From sequence record NZ_OX291475.1: DNA of 64,000 bases, one strand, 5' to 3'. The translations under genes and the position numbers were made by a program. Positions 41,496-51,902 of the stretch are shown here, in pieces. The notes under the pieces are model-generated. The model made no database searches and was not told the origin of the DNA. It was given only the letters and a program-made list of their open reading frames with translations. Each line of letters starts with the position of its first letter. Within the stretch, counting starts at the first letter, position 1. This stretch comes from a plasmid.

Positions 41496-42209
41496 ATGAA
41501 TGAAAATAAAGGGATTGTTAAAACAAGTCGCCCAGCTATAGCACAATCGAATGAACTCACCGAGGCAGCTTACTATCTCTCGCTGCAGGCAAAGCGAGTA
41601 CTGTGGTTATGCCTCATGGAAACCTATCGGCAAGAAGACCATCCGGGTACGTTTACAGTGCGGGTTGCGGATTACCAGCGATTGTTCAAGGTGAGTCAAG
41701 CTACGGCCAGTACAGATGTCAGGAAGGGCATTGATGCCCTGTCAAACAGCTCTGTTACCTTCTTTCCATCTGATGGGGAGTATGAGGAACGGAAACGCCC
41801 TTGGCTGGCAGAAGCTGGTTTAAAACGTGGCAGAGGTTCATGGAACATTGAATTCAATAATAAAGTGATGCCCTACCTTCTTGATCTTAGTAGTCAATTC
41901 ACTACTTATAATCTATATGATTGTGGCCGCATTAACAGCGTTAGAGCTATCCGCCTTTACGAAAGCCTTTGTCAGTTTAGAAAATCTGGCATATGGATCA
42001 CAACACCAAATTGGTTAGCTGAGCGTTACCAACTCCCACAATCGCAACGAGATAATTTTGCTGAGATGAAACGGACGTTCATCAAGCCGGCTCTGGATAA
42101 GATCAGTAAAGAAACCCCTTTAACGGCTTCGATGTCAGAGACCGAAGACGGCAAACTAATTTTTACCATCATAACTAAAAACCCAGAACCAACCTTACCT
42201 AACATTTGA
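41496..42209 (+). CDS. repA: Rep_3-family replication initiator (RepFIB/RepE-like)
   Basis: MNENKGIVKTSRPAIAQSNELTEAAYYLSLQAKRVLWLCL is the classic Rep_3 N-terminus. Flanked by iterons. Confidence 0.85.
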   Translation: MNENKGIVKTSRPAIAQSNELTEAAYYLSLQAKRVLWLCLMETYRQEDHPGTFTVRVADYQRLFKVSQATASTDVRKGIDALSNSSVTFFPSDGEYEERKRPWLAEAGLKRGRGSWNIEFNNKVMPYLLDLSSQFTTYNLYDCGRINSVRAIRLYESLCQFRKSGIWITTPNWLAERYQLPQSQRDNFAEMKRTFIKPALDKISKETPLTASMSETEDGKLIFTIITKNPEPTLPNI

Positions 42210-42214
42210 ACTTT

Positions 42215-42345
42215 AGCTTTTTCCCATAGTTTACCCGATTATGCCTAGCGAACTTGTGCTGTCTCCCATACTCGTTGGGCTAATCCTTTTATTGCACTGT
42301 TCTCCATGCAAAAACGGCTTTGACTTTGGCTGTTTCCCATAACCT
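42215..42345. repeat. Inverted iteron copies (TTCCCATAG / TCTCCCATA / TTTCCCATA) downstream of rep
   Basis: Reverse-complement iteron cores at ~42221, 42262 and 42333. Confidence 0.6.
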
Positions 42346-42351
42346 AACCTT

Positions 42352-43227
42352 TCAAGGCATCCCAATTGTCTTTTTCTTCAGTTTCAATTCTATTTCGTCG
42401 ATCATCATCTGCATCATTTTCACCAGGTCTATCGTCAACTGTTCTGCTGCTTCAAAACTGAGTTTAAGAATGTTGATTTGCCCTTCACCTAGAACATTTT
42501 GCAGAGTGACCCGTTTAAACCCATCCAGGTGACGCCTTTCTTTCAGTAACTGAGTAATACGCTTGGTGATGATCTTAGCTATGTCAGGATACTCAGGGCT
42601 TTCGAAAACGTGCTGATGGCTTTTGACCAAAGGCTCCCAAGAAAACAGGATGTCATATCGTGTAACAAAACGAGCCTGTTTGGGTGGAAAGTGCCACAAC
42701 ACAATAAACGGCATGCTATTTCTCATGCACAGCTCAAAATGGTGCTGCCAGACATTAGGAATCGCCCTTCCTTCACACAACAGATAATAATCGGAAGGCT
42801 TAAGCGTTGGGACACTCACGGGCATCGGATCAGACAAAACGGTACCTATCCGGGTTTGCCAATGTTCGCGCAATGCTTCGTTCATTGGAGGGATCGTAAT
42901 ACATAACCAACTGAGAGGGATGTACACAGCTATAGAAGGGTCAACAGCCCCTTCTTCTGAACGTAGGTATACCTTACAGCTATCAACTATTTCGACAGCT
43001 CGAGGGTTGTCTTTGTGCGTTTCTAGCCAAGCGACAAATGGGCTCGGTACAACATGGCACAAATTTCCCCAGCTACGACCATATTTATAGAGCTCCCAAC
43101 CAGTCTGTCGGATGTAGTGATGCTGCACGTATCGCACTAATTGCTGAATCAAATCATCCTGAGAGGTTGTTTTGAGCCGGAATCTTTTACGCGGTTTGAT
43201 AAGTAAATCAATAAACAACGTCGCCAT
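42352..43227 (-). CDS. Hypothetical protein between the two replicons
   Basis: 291-aa ORF with coding-like composition. No recognisable motif. Confidence 0.45.
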   Translation of the reverse strand: MATLFIDLLIKPRKRFRLKTTSQDDLIQQLVRYVQHHYIRQTGWELYKYGRSWGNLCHVVPSPFVAWLETHKDNPRAVEIVDSCKVYLRSEEGAVDPSIAVYIPLSWLCITIPPMNEALREHWQTRIGTVLSDPMPVSVPTLKPSDYYLLCEGRAIPNVWQHHFELCMRNSMPFIVLWHFPPKQARFVTRYDILFSWEPLVKSHQHVFESPEYPDIAKIITKRITQLLKERRHLDGFKRVTLQNVLGEGQINILKLSFEAAEQLTIDLVKMMQMMIDEIELKLKKKTIGMP

Positions 43228-43454
43228 AAATGCCTATCAGTCTGTATACCGTGACTAAACCTATAATCTTACTCAAGATTTCCGTGAATAGCATCCCAAA
43301 CCACGAGTTCTATTCGCCGTAAAACCCTACTTTATGCACGCTTTAATATTGATTGATCAGTAATCGTTCAATGGATTTGTTCAATATTTATAGGACAACT
43401 ATTCCTTCTGTGGATTCATTCGCAATTATTGTCCACAGCTACCCCAAACGGCCC

Positions 43455-43530
43455 CCCATCCTGCTAAGCCGGTCTTTTTCGGTGATTAAAAGATTTACTG
43501 CAGCGTAGATCGCAACGTGCCGTTGCGAAG
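43455..43530. repeat. ~65-bp element copy 2 (CCTGCTAAGCCGGTCTTTTTCGG ... TAGATCGCAACGTGCCGTTGCGA)
   Basis: See 40940-41010. Confidence 0.5.
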
Positions 43531-43990
43531 CTGTACTTTGCAGTTGGTGAGCTAACTTGGAGGCGAAGCCGACTTTGGTGGGTGAACATTGTAACTTGAA
43601 GAAGCGATTGAACTAGGATTTTTCTGGTTATCGAGGTTTTGTGCTCTATGCGATGCAGTGTTGTTGCCCGAAGCAAAGCGGAGGGAGCTATTTTCGAGAG
43701 CCTGGCTTTAGCCGGCACGAAATATACTCCCCTTTTTTGGGGCTTGTTTTGTTCAGAAATAACCTTCGAAATTAGCTATTTTTTGGTGAGATCGTTCGAA
43801 GTTAACTGAATGATATTTCATCAACTGTTTGAGTTGACGGTCGGAGACCATGAACTACGACTAATTTCTCGTTCCAGGAGGCACTTTTGAATGGAACCTT
43901 AAACATATACAAGAGGGTTTTTAGCTCTTACACGCAGCACAAAACCCGCGCAAGGGCACGTGTCATTGTGTTGAACGGTGAAAATAATGC

Positions 43991-45037
43991 TTAGTGGAGT
44001 ACGCCGGCGCGTTCCAGCAACAGCCGGTAATACTGTTCAGGATCATCCCGCTCTAAAGACGGGTGTTCATCAGTTAGAACACGCTTGAGCTGCATAATCT
44101 TTATTGGGTGAGCCTCAGCACTAGTAGACCAACGAACCCAGGTCATTTGATACCTGTTCACTATTTTTCCATTGCGCGTTCGCATTTTAGACGCCAGTTC
44201 ATCTAGCTCTTTCCCTAGATCTTCAACAATCGCCTTCTTCTCTTGCAGCAGATCGGGACTTACGACCCACCTCTTAATCTGACGCAGGCGGTTTTTTAGC
44301 GAATGGTGTGAATCAATATCAATACCAAGGCGGGCCATGCGTAGTTGATGACGTTCGTGCTTCTTACGCAGTGATTCAGTGAGGCCATTGACTATCGCCC
44401 ACTGGCGATACCCGTGAAGCCATAAGCGAATTTCCTCAACAGATATCCCGCGGCTAGTAAAAAAGCGTTCCGTCAAAAAAATACGCATCGCTTTATATTG
44501 GCCAGCATCAGCATCCCAAGCCCGATGCACAACCAGGTAATCCAACTCCTCCATCACATCCCTAGCATGGGTAGCCACATCACAAGATTTACGGCCACTC
44601 TCATAAATATGCAGCACGCCGATGGCGCGAGCGATTTCCTCGAACGGAGCAATAATCTCAAACGGGTAATCAGCATCCGGGTTATAGTCACAGTTGGCTG
44701 CTAATGCTAAGGAAAGTGCGGTCAATGCACGCCGGCTTTCTTCACGTGTGCTCACTCGCATAGGTTTCGGGGTATAACTTGGATCGTTTCGACGTCGATA
44801 TGGGATATATCCACGTTGACGCAAAGCAACCAACGCAGAATTCCGGTTCCAGTCATGCTGACGAATACGAGCAACGACTTTAGCAGCTGCACCACGCGGT
44901 ACGGTACCGGAGAACACCGCTTCATGGCGACAGTGGATTTTTGGTAGTCCTTTCCGTAAACGGTTTGATTCACCGCGACGGGTTGGACAATAGACAGGTT
45001 CAGGGCGAACCTGATAGTTGATTGCTTGCTCAGTCAC
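43991..45037 (-). CDS. repA1: IncFII-type RepA1 replication initiator
   Basis: Region ..REESRRALTALSLALAANCDYNPDADYPFEIIAPFEEIARAIG.. and upstream ..YQVRPEPVYCPTRRGE.. are collinear with R100/R1 RepA1. Start uncertain: probably GTG at 45037, alternative ATG at 44761. Confidence 0.7.
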   Translation of the reverse strand: MTEQAINYQVRPEPVYCPTRRGESNRLRKGLPKIHCRHEAVFSGTVPRGAAAKVVARIRQHDWNRNSALVALRQRGYIPYRRRNDPSYTPKPMRVSTREESRRALTALSLALAANCDYNPDADYPFEIIAPFEEIARAIGVLHIYESGRKSCDVATHARDVMEELDYLVVHRAWDADAGQYKAMRIFLTERFFTSRGISVEEIRLWLHGYRQWAIVNGLTESLRKKHERHQLRMARLGIDIDSHHSLKNRLRQIKRWVVSPDLLQEKKAIVEDLGKELDELASKMRTRNGKIVNRYQMTWVRWSTSAEAHPIKIMQLKRVLTDEHPSLERDDPEQYYRLLLERAGVLH

Positions 45038-45039
45038 CC

Positions 45040-45330
45040 TGTCCTGATCTAATGGCGGACAGGTATTGTTTTCTAAATAGCATGCGTTATAATCTCTGCA
45101 GGCCAGCGCCTGCTTTTGACCCCCTGATATCTGACTCTTCCGCCAAGTTGATGACAGATTTCGGGGGGTTTTTGCATTCAAGGCCAGTACATTCCAAGCC
45201 TTGTTCCTTAGACATTTAGGATATGCCCTATCCACCACAGTCTGTAATTTTCGTTACACACTGTTCGAATTACGTCGACTGCTCAGGTACTCAATACCTT
45301 AAAAGAACAGCATAAATCACTGCAAATACT
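45040..45330. promoter_or_regulatory. Probable IncFII copy-control region (leader/antisense RNA target) upstream of repA1
   Basis: By position relative to repA1 only. No CopA/CopB sequence was positively recognised. Confidence 0.25.
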
Positions 45331-46081
45331 ACCCGATTTTCGCTTCCTTGCAACAAAAGGATCTCTGGCGATCTTTTTTTGTGCAGTTCACCTACATTTC
45401 TGATGATTGACCGGCACGGCACAACTAGCCAGGTATTCCCGCAAGAACCTCCCTAATCGAAAGGTCGCCTGAGTGATTTTCATACCACAATAGAGCTGCC
45501 ACCTATCTAGCAATCTCAATTCAATAAGAATCCACCTAAATAATCATATGGAAATTACTTTTTTACGGAAAATTGTTCAAAAAGCAAGCAAACGGATAAT
45601 TGATTAATATAGTTAATTATTCTGTTTTGATAGTTATGTCGATCTAATGATCTGAAAAAAGGATCTTTTCTAGATCATTGATTCAAAAAATTGAGTTATA
45701 CAGGATTTTAGCTCTGTTTATAGTGTGTTTCACAGCATTTCAGATCGTCAAAAAAACCGTTTACACAATTTAACTTTGCAAATACACTTCGCGGCATACT
45801 TAAGCACAGGTTTCACTGGATCGCCAGTCCGCCAACTAGTAACTCATTGAACCTTGCCATCAAGCTTTAGCCTGGACTGCGCCTGATTACACCTAATCGG
45901 GCACCTCCCTGCCTCAGGTGTCGGGTGCAGTCCAGGCTAAAGCGCAGTCGGGAGAAACCGCGATGTCCGCTTCCTCTTACAGCAGCAATTGCCAATCACC
46001 CAGTATGGGGACGGTTTTGGCGGAGCCTGCCTGACACACTGCGCCTTATCATTTTTCTACCGCTCATCAACGGGGAATGTC

Positions 46082-46564
46082 ATGGAACGCTGGTATCTCG
46101 CCTGCCATAAAGCGGGTAAAGACAATGTCTTTAAAGCCCAAATGACGTTAGAACGCATGAATATCATGGCATTCAGCCCAGTTATGCGTACTTACCGTCC
46201 CCGTTCCGATCGACCAGGCCAGTTCCGTCCAGTGATCGAACAAATGTTTCCTGGCTATTTCTTTGTATTCTTTGATACCGAAATCCATCATTCATCAAAA
46301 ATCGAACTCTGCCCTGGGGTAAGTCACCTTGTCCGTTTTGCCGGCGAAATCACCCCAATTCGGGATGCTGTTGTTGATGACGTAATGCAGCTACCTGTTT
46401 GTGTGCAAGCCTTTTCCCGTAAGAACCCAGGCAAACGGCGTTGGGATAAAGGGGCAACACCTCTCAATCAGCAACAGCGCCAACAAATTCAGGCGTTGGT
46501 TGATACAAATGATGGCGACACCCGCAGCGCCCTATTCTTTGCCTTCATAGAAGCCCTGCGCTAA
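46082..46564 (+). CDS. NusG/RfaH-family transcription antiterminator (TraB-like regulator of IncI transfer genes)
   Basis: MERWYLACHKAGKDNVFKAQMTLERMNIMAFSP...FPGYFFVFFD parallels the RfaH N-terminal NGN domain. ORF 45989..46564 trimmed to the ATG at 46082. Confidence 0.7.
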   Translation: MERWYLACHKAGKDNVFKAQMTLERMNIMAFSPVMRTYRPRSDRPGQFRPVIEQMFPGYFFVFFDTEIHHSSKIELCPGVSHLVRFAGEITPIRDAVVDDVMQLPVCVQAFSRKNPGKRRWDKGATPLNQQQRQQIQALVDTNDGDTRSALFFAFIEALR

Positions 46565-46676
46565 CCGCTCCCTTCGCTTTATTTGATTAACACCCCTTTG
46601 GCTGCCCGGTTCCCCGGGCGGTCTTTTTTTCATTGATTACGTGCTTACGTTTCGACGTAACCGAGGTGATAAACAT

Positions 46677-46910
46677 ATGACACAACGAAAAAACTACTCA
46701 TTGAATGCCAAACATAATCAAATGCTTAATGAGCAAGCTGTAAATTTGACGGGGATCCTCAGTCGTCCAGTGGCTTGTCGTGATGTGCTTGAGGCCATTT
46801 TGGACCTGACCTCAACGCTGGATAATAACGCCCTGGCACAGCGAGTTCTTGATCGAGCCAATGAACCAAAGCGAGGTCGACGCCCCGGCCCGAGGAAAAA
46901 TCGCCTATGA
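46677..46910 (+). CDS. Small hypothetical protein at the head of the pil operon
   Basis: ORF 46641..46910 trimmed to MTQRKNYSL. Basic C-terminus. Confidence 0.35.
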   Translation: MTQRKNYSLNAKHNQMLNEQAVNLTGILSRPVACRDVLEAILDLTSTLDNNALAQRVLDRANEPKRGRRPGPRKNRL

Positions 46911-47935
46911 AATCATTCCTCCCCGTCGCTCTCGCTCCGGTGGTGTTGACTGGGTGTGCTCTTAATACCCACACACCGCCGACAGTACCGGCACAGCAGT
47001 TTGTCACTACGCTGATCCAAGAACAGATACCCCTAATCCAACAGGCACAGGCAGAACTCGCTAAAGCCAGCCGTGTACATCTCTCACCGGGCACGCCATT
47101 ACCTTTACCTGCTTCATCAAAAGCCCTGCTGGCAAAACATGCAACGGAGACACCTGCACTGGCGGGTCAGGCTGTTCCCACATTGCATGCTATTCGTTAT
47201 CTCGGGGAGCGTGTTGGGACGCCTGCGCTGGCGGGTGCAGGCAAATCCCAGACACTTCGTCAGGCTTTGCGCCAGATAGTGCCGGCAGGGTGGCAAGTTG
47301 CTTTCTCGCAAGAACTTAAGCCGGATATTCGCGAAACACTGCAATGGACCGGTAATGACCAATGGCCATTCGTTTTAGACGACATCTTGCAGCGACAGAA
47401 CAAGGTGGCGTTGCTCGATTGGCAAGCTCAGCGCGTTTCCGTTGCGGCCAAATCAGCAGCATTTAAACCAGGAACGGCAGTAACACAACCACAAATCAAA
47501 ACGCCAGGATCTGCACCTACAACCCCAGCGAGCACCAGTAAACAAAGTGTGGTTGCATCTGGTCGCAATCCATTCGATGGAAAATTTCCGACGCCACGTC
47601 CTGCTGCAGCTGTTAAAACCACTGCATTTGTGGCCTTGCCTAAAACAGTTATTAAGCCAAAGGTATGGCGGATAGAAGCCGGTAGCACGCTGAAAGACAC
47701 CCTGTTTAATTGGGCTGCAAGTGAAACCTGCTCTACTCCGGGAGTCGCTAATTGGACTGTGGCGTGGCTGACACAAGCCAACTATCGTATCGATGCTCCG
47801 TTGCAGTTTGAGGGGAGTTTCAGAGATGCGCTGAACGGATTGTTCACGCTATACGGTACGGCAAAAGTGCCACTGTATGCAGGTATGCGTAACGAACAAT
47901 GCGTCATATCGGTGGACGATAAGGAGATCCACTGA
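46907..47935 (+). CDS. pilL: PilL-like lipoprotein (thin-pilus/type IVb pilus biogenesis)
   Basis: Lipobox LTGC. Position and size match R64 PilL. Stop overlaps the next start. Confidence 0.6.
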   Translation: MKSFLPVALAPVVLTGCALNTHTPPTVPAQQFVTTLIQEQIPLIQQAQAELAKASRVHLSPGTPLPLPASSKALLAKHATETPALAGQAVPTLHAIRYLGERVGTPALAGAGKSQTLRQALRQIVPAGWQVAFSQELKPDIRETLQWTGNDQWPFVLDDILQRQNKVALLDWQAQRVSVAAKSAAFKPGTAVTQPQIKTPGSAPTTPASTSKQSVVASGRNPFDGKFPTPRPAAAVKTTAFVALPKTVIKPKVWRIEAGSTLKDTLFNWAASETCSTPGVANWTVAWLTQANYRIDAPLQFEGSFRDALNGLFTLYGTAKVPLYAGMRNEQCVISVDDKEIH

Positions 47936-48360
47936 TGGTCTATTGGCTGTTATCGGTGTTTATAGGTTTCCTCGTCTGGTCAAACATATCACCCCATGAC
48001 CAAACGGGCTCACAGCTGCAGGATAGCACGCTGAGTCAGCGCGCTATTCAAACCGTCCGTTATATCAATGATATCAATGACTGGCGCTATAACAATCCTG
48101 CGCAAAAAGACGGTGTAATCCCGGACAGCGCCTTCGGCTGGTCATCCCTTCCTGCGTTACATAATGTACTGCAGGCTGACCGTGTCTATGTCTACCAACC
48201 TGACCAACCCGGACTGATGTCTGCGCTGTTAGCACAAAGTCAGCACTCAGCCTTAGTTGGAAAAGTTGTTGCGAGACGCCTGTTGGACAGTTTTGGCAAC
48301 GACATGCAGGTAAATGTGCCGGATAGCATTACTGACGGCAGCCTGGTGTATCTCAACTAA
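47935..48360 (+). CDS. pilM: PilM-like protein
   Basis: 141 aa with an N-terminal hydrophobic segment. Gene order matches the R64 pil operon. Confidence 0.5.
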   Translation: MVYWLLSVFIGFLVWSNISPHDQTGSQLQDSTLSQRAIQTVRYINDINDWRYNNPAQKDGVIPDSAFGWSSLPALHNVLQADRVYVYQPDQPGLMSALLAQSQHSALVGKVVARRLLDSFGNDMQVNVPDSITDGSLVYLN

Positions 48361-48383
48361 TCCCTCTCCTCCCAAGGTTAAAA

Positions 48384-50018
48384 ATGAAAAAGCACCTCCC
48401 CTTAACCGGGTTGGCGGCGACATTATGTTTGCTGCTTTCCGGCTGTGCACCACTTGAACGTATCGACAAAATAGACAACACCGTCTCACAGAATGAAAAG
48501 CAAGCCGATAAACACCTGCATGCGATAAAAAATGGCGCTGTCGTTCGTGATCTGACATCACAATGGATCAACCCCTATCCATTAAATGCCCAGTCCGGAA
48601 GTAATAGTTTACTCCCGCCCTGCGCTGTAGCCATCAACCGCCCTGGTAGCATTACCCTGGCAGAAGTCAGCGCCTTCATCAGTAAACGCTGCCGACTGCC
48701 TGTCGTCGTCACACCTGATGCACAAGCCATACTCGCACCAACAGGGGGTGGGAAGACTGAACAACTCAGTGGTCCTATTCCCGCGCCAGATCCTAATGGA
48801 ATGGTGGCTCTGGCAGCGTTAGGTGGTACGCCTACCCGCACAGCTCCAGCCGTGAGCGGTGGCTCTGCCCTCAGAGGATTGTTCTGGCAAGGAGAGTTAG
48901 GGGGGCTACTCGACAATGTCACCACACGCCTGGGATTGTCATGGCGTTATGAGCAAGGCCGGATCGCCATTTTCTACCTCGATACACGCACCTTCCCAGT
49001 CATGTTTATGGACAGTAAAGCGAGCTTTGGCTCCAAAACCGTGAGTGGCACCACCTCCTCGATGGGGGCTACGGGCGACAGCAGCGGCGGTGGGCTCAGT
49101 GGAGACTCCAATACCTCACAGGCGACTGAGATGGAAATAAAGTCCAGCCTTTATGAGGACGTCACCAATACCATCAAGTCAATGTTGACGCCGGGCACCG
49201 GCCGCATGAATTTATCCGCCGGCGTGCTGACCGTCACGGATACGCCACGTGTACTCGAACAGATAGGCCGCTATTTGGATGACCGCAACAATGAGCTCAA
49301 TCGTCAAGTGGTGCTCAACGTACAGGTCTATAGCGTGGAAAAACGCACGCAGGATCAGTACGGCATTGACTGGAACGCCGTATTCAACAGTGGCAGCGTC
49401 GGTTTGTCCCTGACCAACGCGTTTACCGGCGCGGCTTCCGATGCGTTGAATGGTGGGGTTTCTATCCTTGATGGCAAAGGGGCAGGCACCAAAGCCTTTA
49501 TCAAAGCCCTGTCGGAACAGGCGAATGTCAGCGTGATGACAGAGGCCTCGAGCATGACCACTAACCTGTCAGCGGTGCCGATCCAAGTTGCACTGCAGCA
49601 AGACTATGCCTCCAACGTGACTACGGAGAACACAGCTAACGTCGGCTCATCGAGCAGCATCACCAAATCAACCATCACGACGGGCTTCAATATGACTGTG
49701 CTGCCGTTCCTGATGCCCCAGTCGCCAAAAATGCAGCTGCAGTTTGCAATCAATATGTCGGATGACCCGACGATGCGCACGTTCACCAGTGACAACACCT
49801 CGGTCGAACTCATGAAAACGCGACTCAAGACGTTTACGCAGCGCGTCATTATGCAATCCGGCCAGACGTTGGTGCTGAGTGGTTATCAGTCTCTTAATAA
49901 TACCGCCAACCGCCAGGGTGTCGGCACTTTCCGCTTCTTCGGACTCGGTGGCGGTGCCAACGGTGAAAACAACAAAACCATGCTGGTCATTCTTATCACT
50001 CCGGTCATTTTGGGATAA
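48384..50018 (+). CDS. pilN: PilN secretin lipoprotein
   Basis: Lipobox LSGC. C-terminal secretin domain (..VLSGYQS..GVGTFRFFGLGG..MLVILITP). Confidence 0.8.
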   Translation: MKKHLPLTGLAATLCLLLSGCAPLERIDKIDNTVSQNEKQADKHLHAIKNGAVVRDLTSQWINPYPLNAQSGSNSLLPPCAVAINRPGSITLAEVSAFISKRCRLPVVVTPDAQAILAPTGGGKTEQLSGPIPAPDPNGMVALAALGGTPTRTAPAVSGGSALRGLFWQGELGGLLDNVTTRLGLSWRYEQGRIAIFYLDTRTFPVMFMDSKASFGSKTVSGTTSSMGATGDSSGGGLSGDSNTSQATEMEIKSSLYEDVTNTIKSMLTPGTGRMNLSAGVLTVTDTPRVLEQIGRYLDDRNNELNRQVVLNVQVYSVEKRTQDQYGIDWNAVFNSGSVGLSLTNAFTGAASDALNGGVSILDGKGAGTKAFIKALSEQANVSVMTEASSMTTNLSAVPIQVALQQDYASNVTTENTANVGSSSSITKSTITTGFNMTVLPFLMPQSPKMQLQFAINMSDDPTMRTFTSDNTSVELMKTRLKTFTQRVIMQSGQTLVLSGYQSLNNTANRQGVGTFRFFGLGGGANGENNKTMLVILITPVILG

Positions 50019-50021
50019 GCC

Positions 50022-51326
50022 ATGAAACAACAGACTACCTATACGTTGCAGAATGGGAGTGCCTGGCTGGTTGCCGGATTGCACTGGCAGTATCTGCCGC
50101 TACGTGGGCGCCGTAGCATGCGATTACGTGCTAAAGAAGCCCATGCCACACATTGGGCGGCGTTACCTACCGGCGATGGCCAGGCGCAAGGCACTTTGCT
50201 GGGCACCGTCACCCTGTCGGACAAAACACGCCGAAAAGGCGGTCGACATACATTGGCATCAATGGCGTTAGCCGTCCTGCCGGCATTACCGGAGGCCTGT
50301 TACGGTGTTTTCCCGTTACCGGATGGCCAATACTGGTTTGTGGCTGTCAGCGACGGCATGTTGTCCCCGTTTGGCGATATCGTGGGTGATGACGCGGCCA
50401 TACGAATAGCAGTGTCCAATTTTCTGCAAATCACCTCTGCGCCGGTGACGGGTTGGACCATATATGCCCCAAACGGCTTTTTCCCCGAACAAGGCACCGA
50501 AGATAAGGCGCTCTCGACACTGACCGACAATAAGATCGGTTTGCGACGAGCCCGCCTGAGTAAAACCCATAATCCGCAGATGCTGTGGTTGTGGGGGATT
50601 GCGGTGGTGGCGTTGGGCGTAGGGTATACCGGCTATTCGGCATGGCAGGCGCATCAGGAAGAAGTGCGTATTGCCGCTGCTCAGGCGGCGCTGATGGCCA
50701 GGCAACAATTGGAACAACAGGCTCCGGCCGACAATCTGAAGCCCTGGGCAACGCAACCGCGATTCCCGCCGATGCTCAGCGCCTGCAGTAGCGTGTGGAA
50801 AGATGCGCAGATATCTATTGCCGGCTGGGTATTCAATACGGCGACGTGTGATGCTCACGGCACGATCACGCTGCACTACACCTTGCCGAACGGGGGCACC
50901 GTGGGGGACTTTGCCTTGCGGTTACCCGTTATCTATGGCTCAGATATTCAACCGGTGTTCAATATTCCCGGCAGCGCGGATGACGCTTCCTTTGCGTTAC
51001 CGGTGTCGATTTCCCCTCCTGAACACCCCGAAGCACTGCTCCCGGGCAGCCAGCAAATCCAGCATCTGACCAGCTATGCCCAGCGTATCAATGCCCGTTT
51101 GCGCCTTAGCGAAATGGACGCGAGTTCCCAATTAACGCAGGGTGACGTACAAAACCTGCCTTGGCGCACCTACAGCTTTACGTTCATTACCGACATTCCG
51201 CCCGATCGGTTGTTTGCGCCAACGCGCTTCAACAGCAGCGGGATAAGGGCGTCCAGTATCACGACGACGCTCAAGAACAACCGTCTGGAATACACCATTG
51301 AGGGACTTCTGTATGCCAACCGTTAA
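50022..51326 (+). CDS. pilO: PilO-like pilus assembly protein
   Basis: 434 aa. Position after the secretin. Confidence 0.5.
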   Translation: MKQQTTYTLQNGSAWLVAGLHWQYLPLRGRRSMRLRAKEAHATHWAALPTGDGQAQGTLLGTVTLSDKTRRKGGRHTLASMALAVLPALPEACYGVFPLPDGQYWFVAVSDGMLSPFGDIVGDDAAIRIAVSNFLQITSAPVTGWTIYAPNGFFPEQGTEDKALSTLTDNKIGLRRARLSKTHNPQMLWLWGIAVVALGVGYTGYSAWQAHQEEVRIAAAQAALMARQQLEQQAPADNLKPWATQPRFPPMLSACSSVWKDAQISIAGWVFNTATCDAHGTITLHYTLPNGGTVGDFALRLPVIYGSDIQPVFNIPGSADDASFALPVSISPPEHPEALLPGSQQIQHLTSYAQRINARLRLSEMDASSQLTQGDVQNLPWRTYSFTFITDIPPDRLFAPTRFNSSGIRASSITTTLKNNRLEYTIEGLLYANR

Positions 51327-51897
51327 ATCATGGGTAACACCCTGGGCATTGTGCCTGGTGTTGACCGCACCCGGTGTATTCGCCGCGCCTGTCGCTGACA
51401 TACCGGCGGCTCCCCCTGCTACACCTTCGGCTGAAAAGTTGGTGAAGCCGCCAACGTCAGCAGAGATTTCCCTGCCAACCACGTTCACCCGCACCGAGGC
51501 TGGGCGAGCGTTAAATCTGGGTCAGTTGGAAGCCATACAGGCTGAGACGGTGCTGTATGAAGCTCAGCTTGCCAGGGCAAAGGCGTTGAATGAACTGCAA
51601 AAGAACGGCTATGACCGTGCCTTGGATCAGCCTTTTAATCCGGCGCCGCCTTCTCAGGACAATAAGGCGGAGGTCAAGGGGGCGGCTCAAGATGCTGTTC
51701 CGCCACAAATCGTGGAGATCACCGGTACCGGCAAGGGGTTTACGGCCGTGCTGGCTCTCAGCAACGGCAATCAGGTCACTGTGCAGTCAGGGAACCGCAT
51801 TCCGGGTACGGAATACGTCGTTAAACGGATCAATCTCAATGAGGTCGTTGTCGCCGGGAAGAACCAAACGCTGGTATCTCTTTCCTTTGCGGGGTAA
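51313..51897 (+). CDS. pilP: PilP-like protein
   Basis: Signal peptide. Pro/Ala-rich linker. ~195 aa. Confidence 0.5.
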   Translation: MPTVKSWVTPWALCLVLTAPGVFAAPVADIPAAPPATPSAEKLVKPPTSAEISLPTTFTRTEAGRALNLGQLEAIQAETVLYEAQLARAKALNELQKNGYDRALDQPFNPAPPSQDNKAEVKGAAQDAVPPQIVEITGTGKGFTAVLALSNGNQVTVQSGNRIPGTEYVVKRINLNEVVVAGKNQTLVSLSFAG

Positions 51898-51902
51898 CCG
51901 AT

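Noticed and set aside
45022-45219. 65-aa plus-strand ORF upstream of repA1
   Set aside because: It is antisense to the repA1 5' region and is more likely within the leader/control region than a protein gene.
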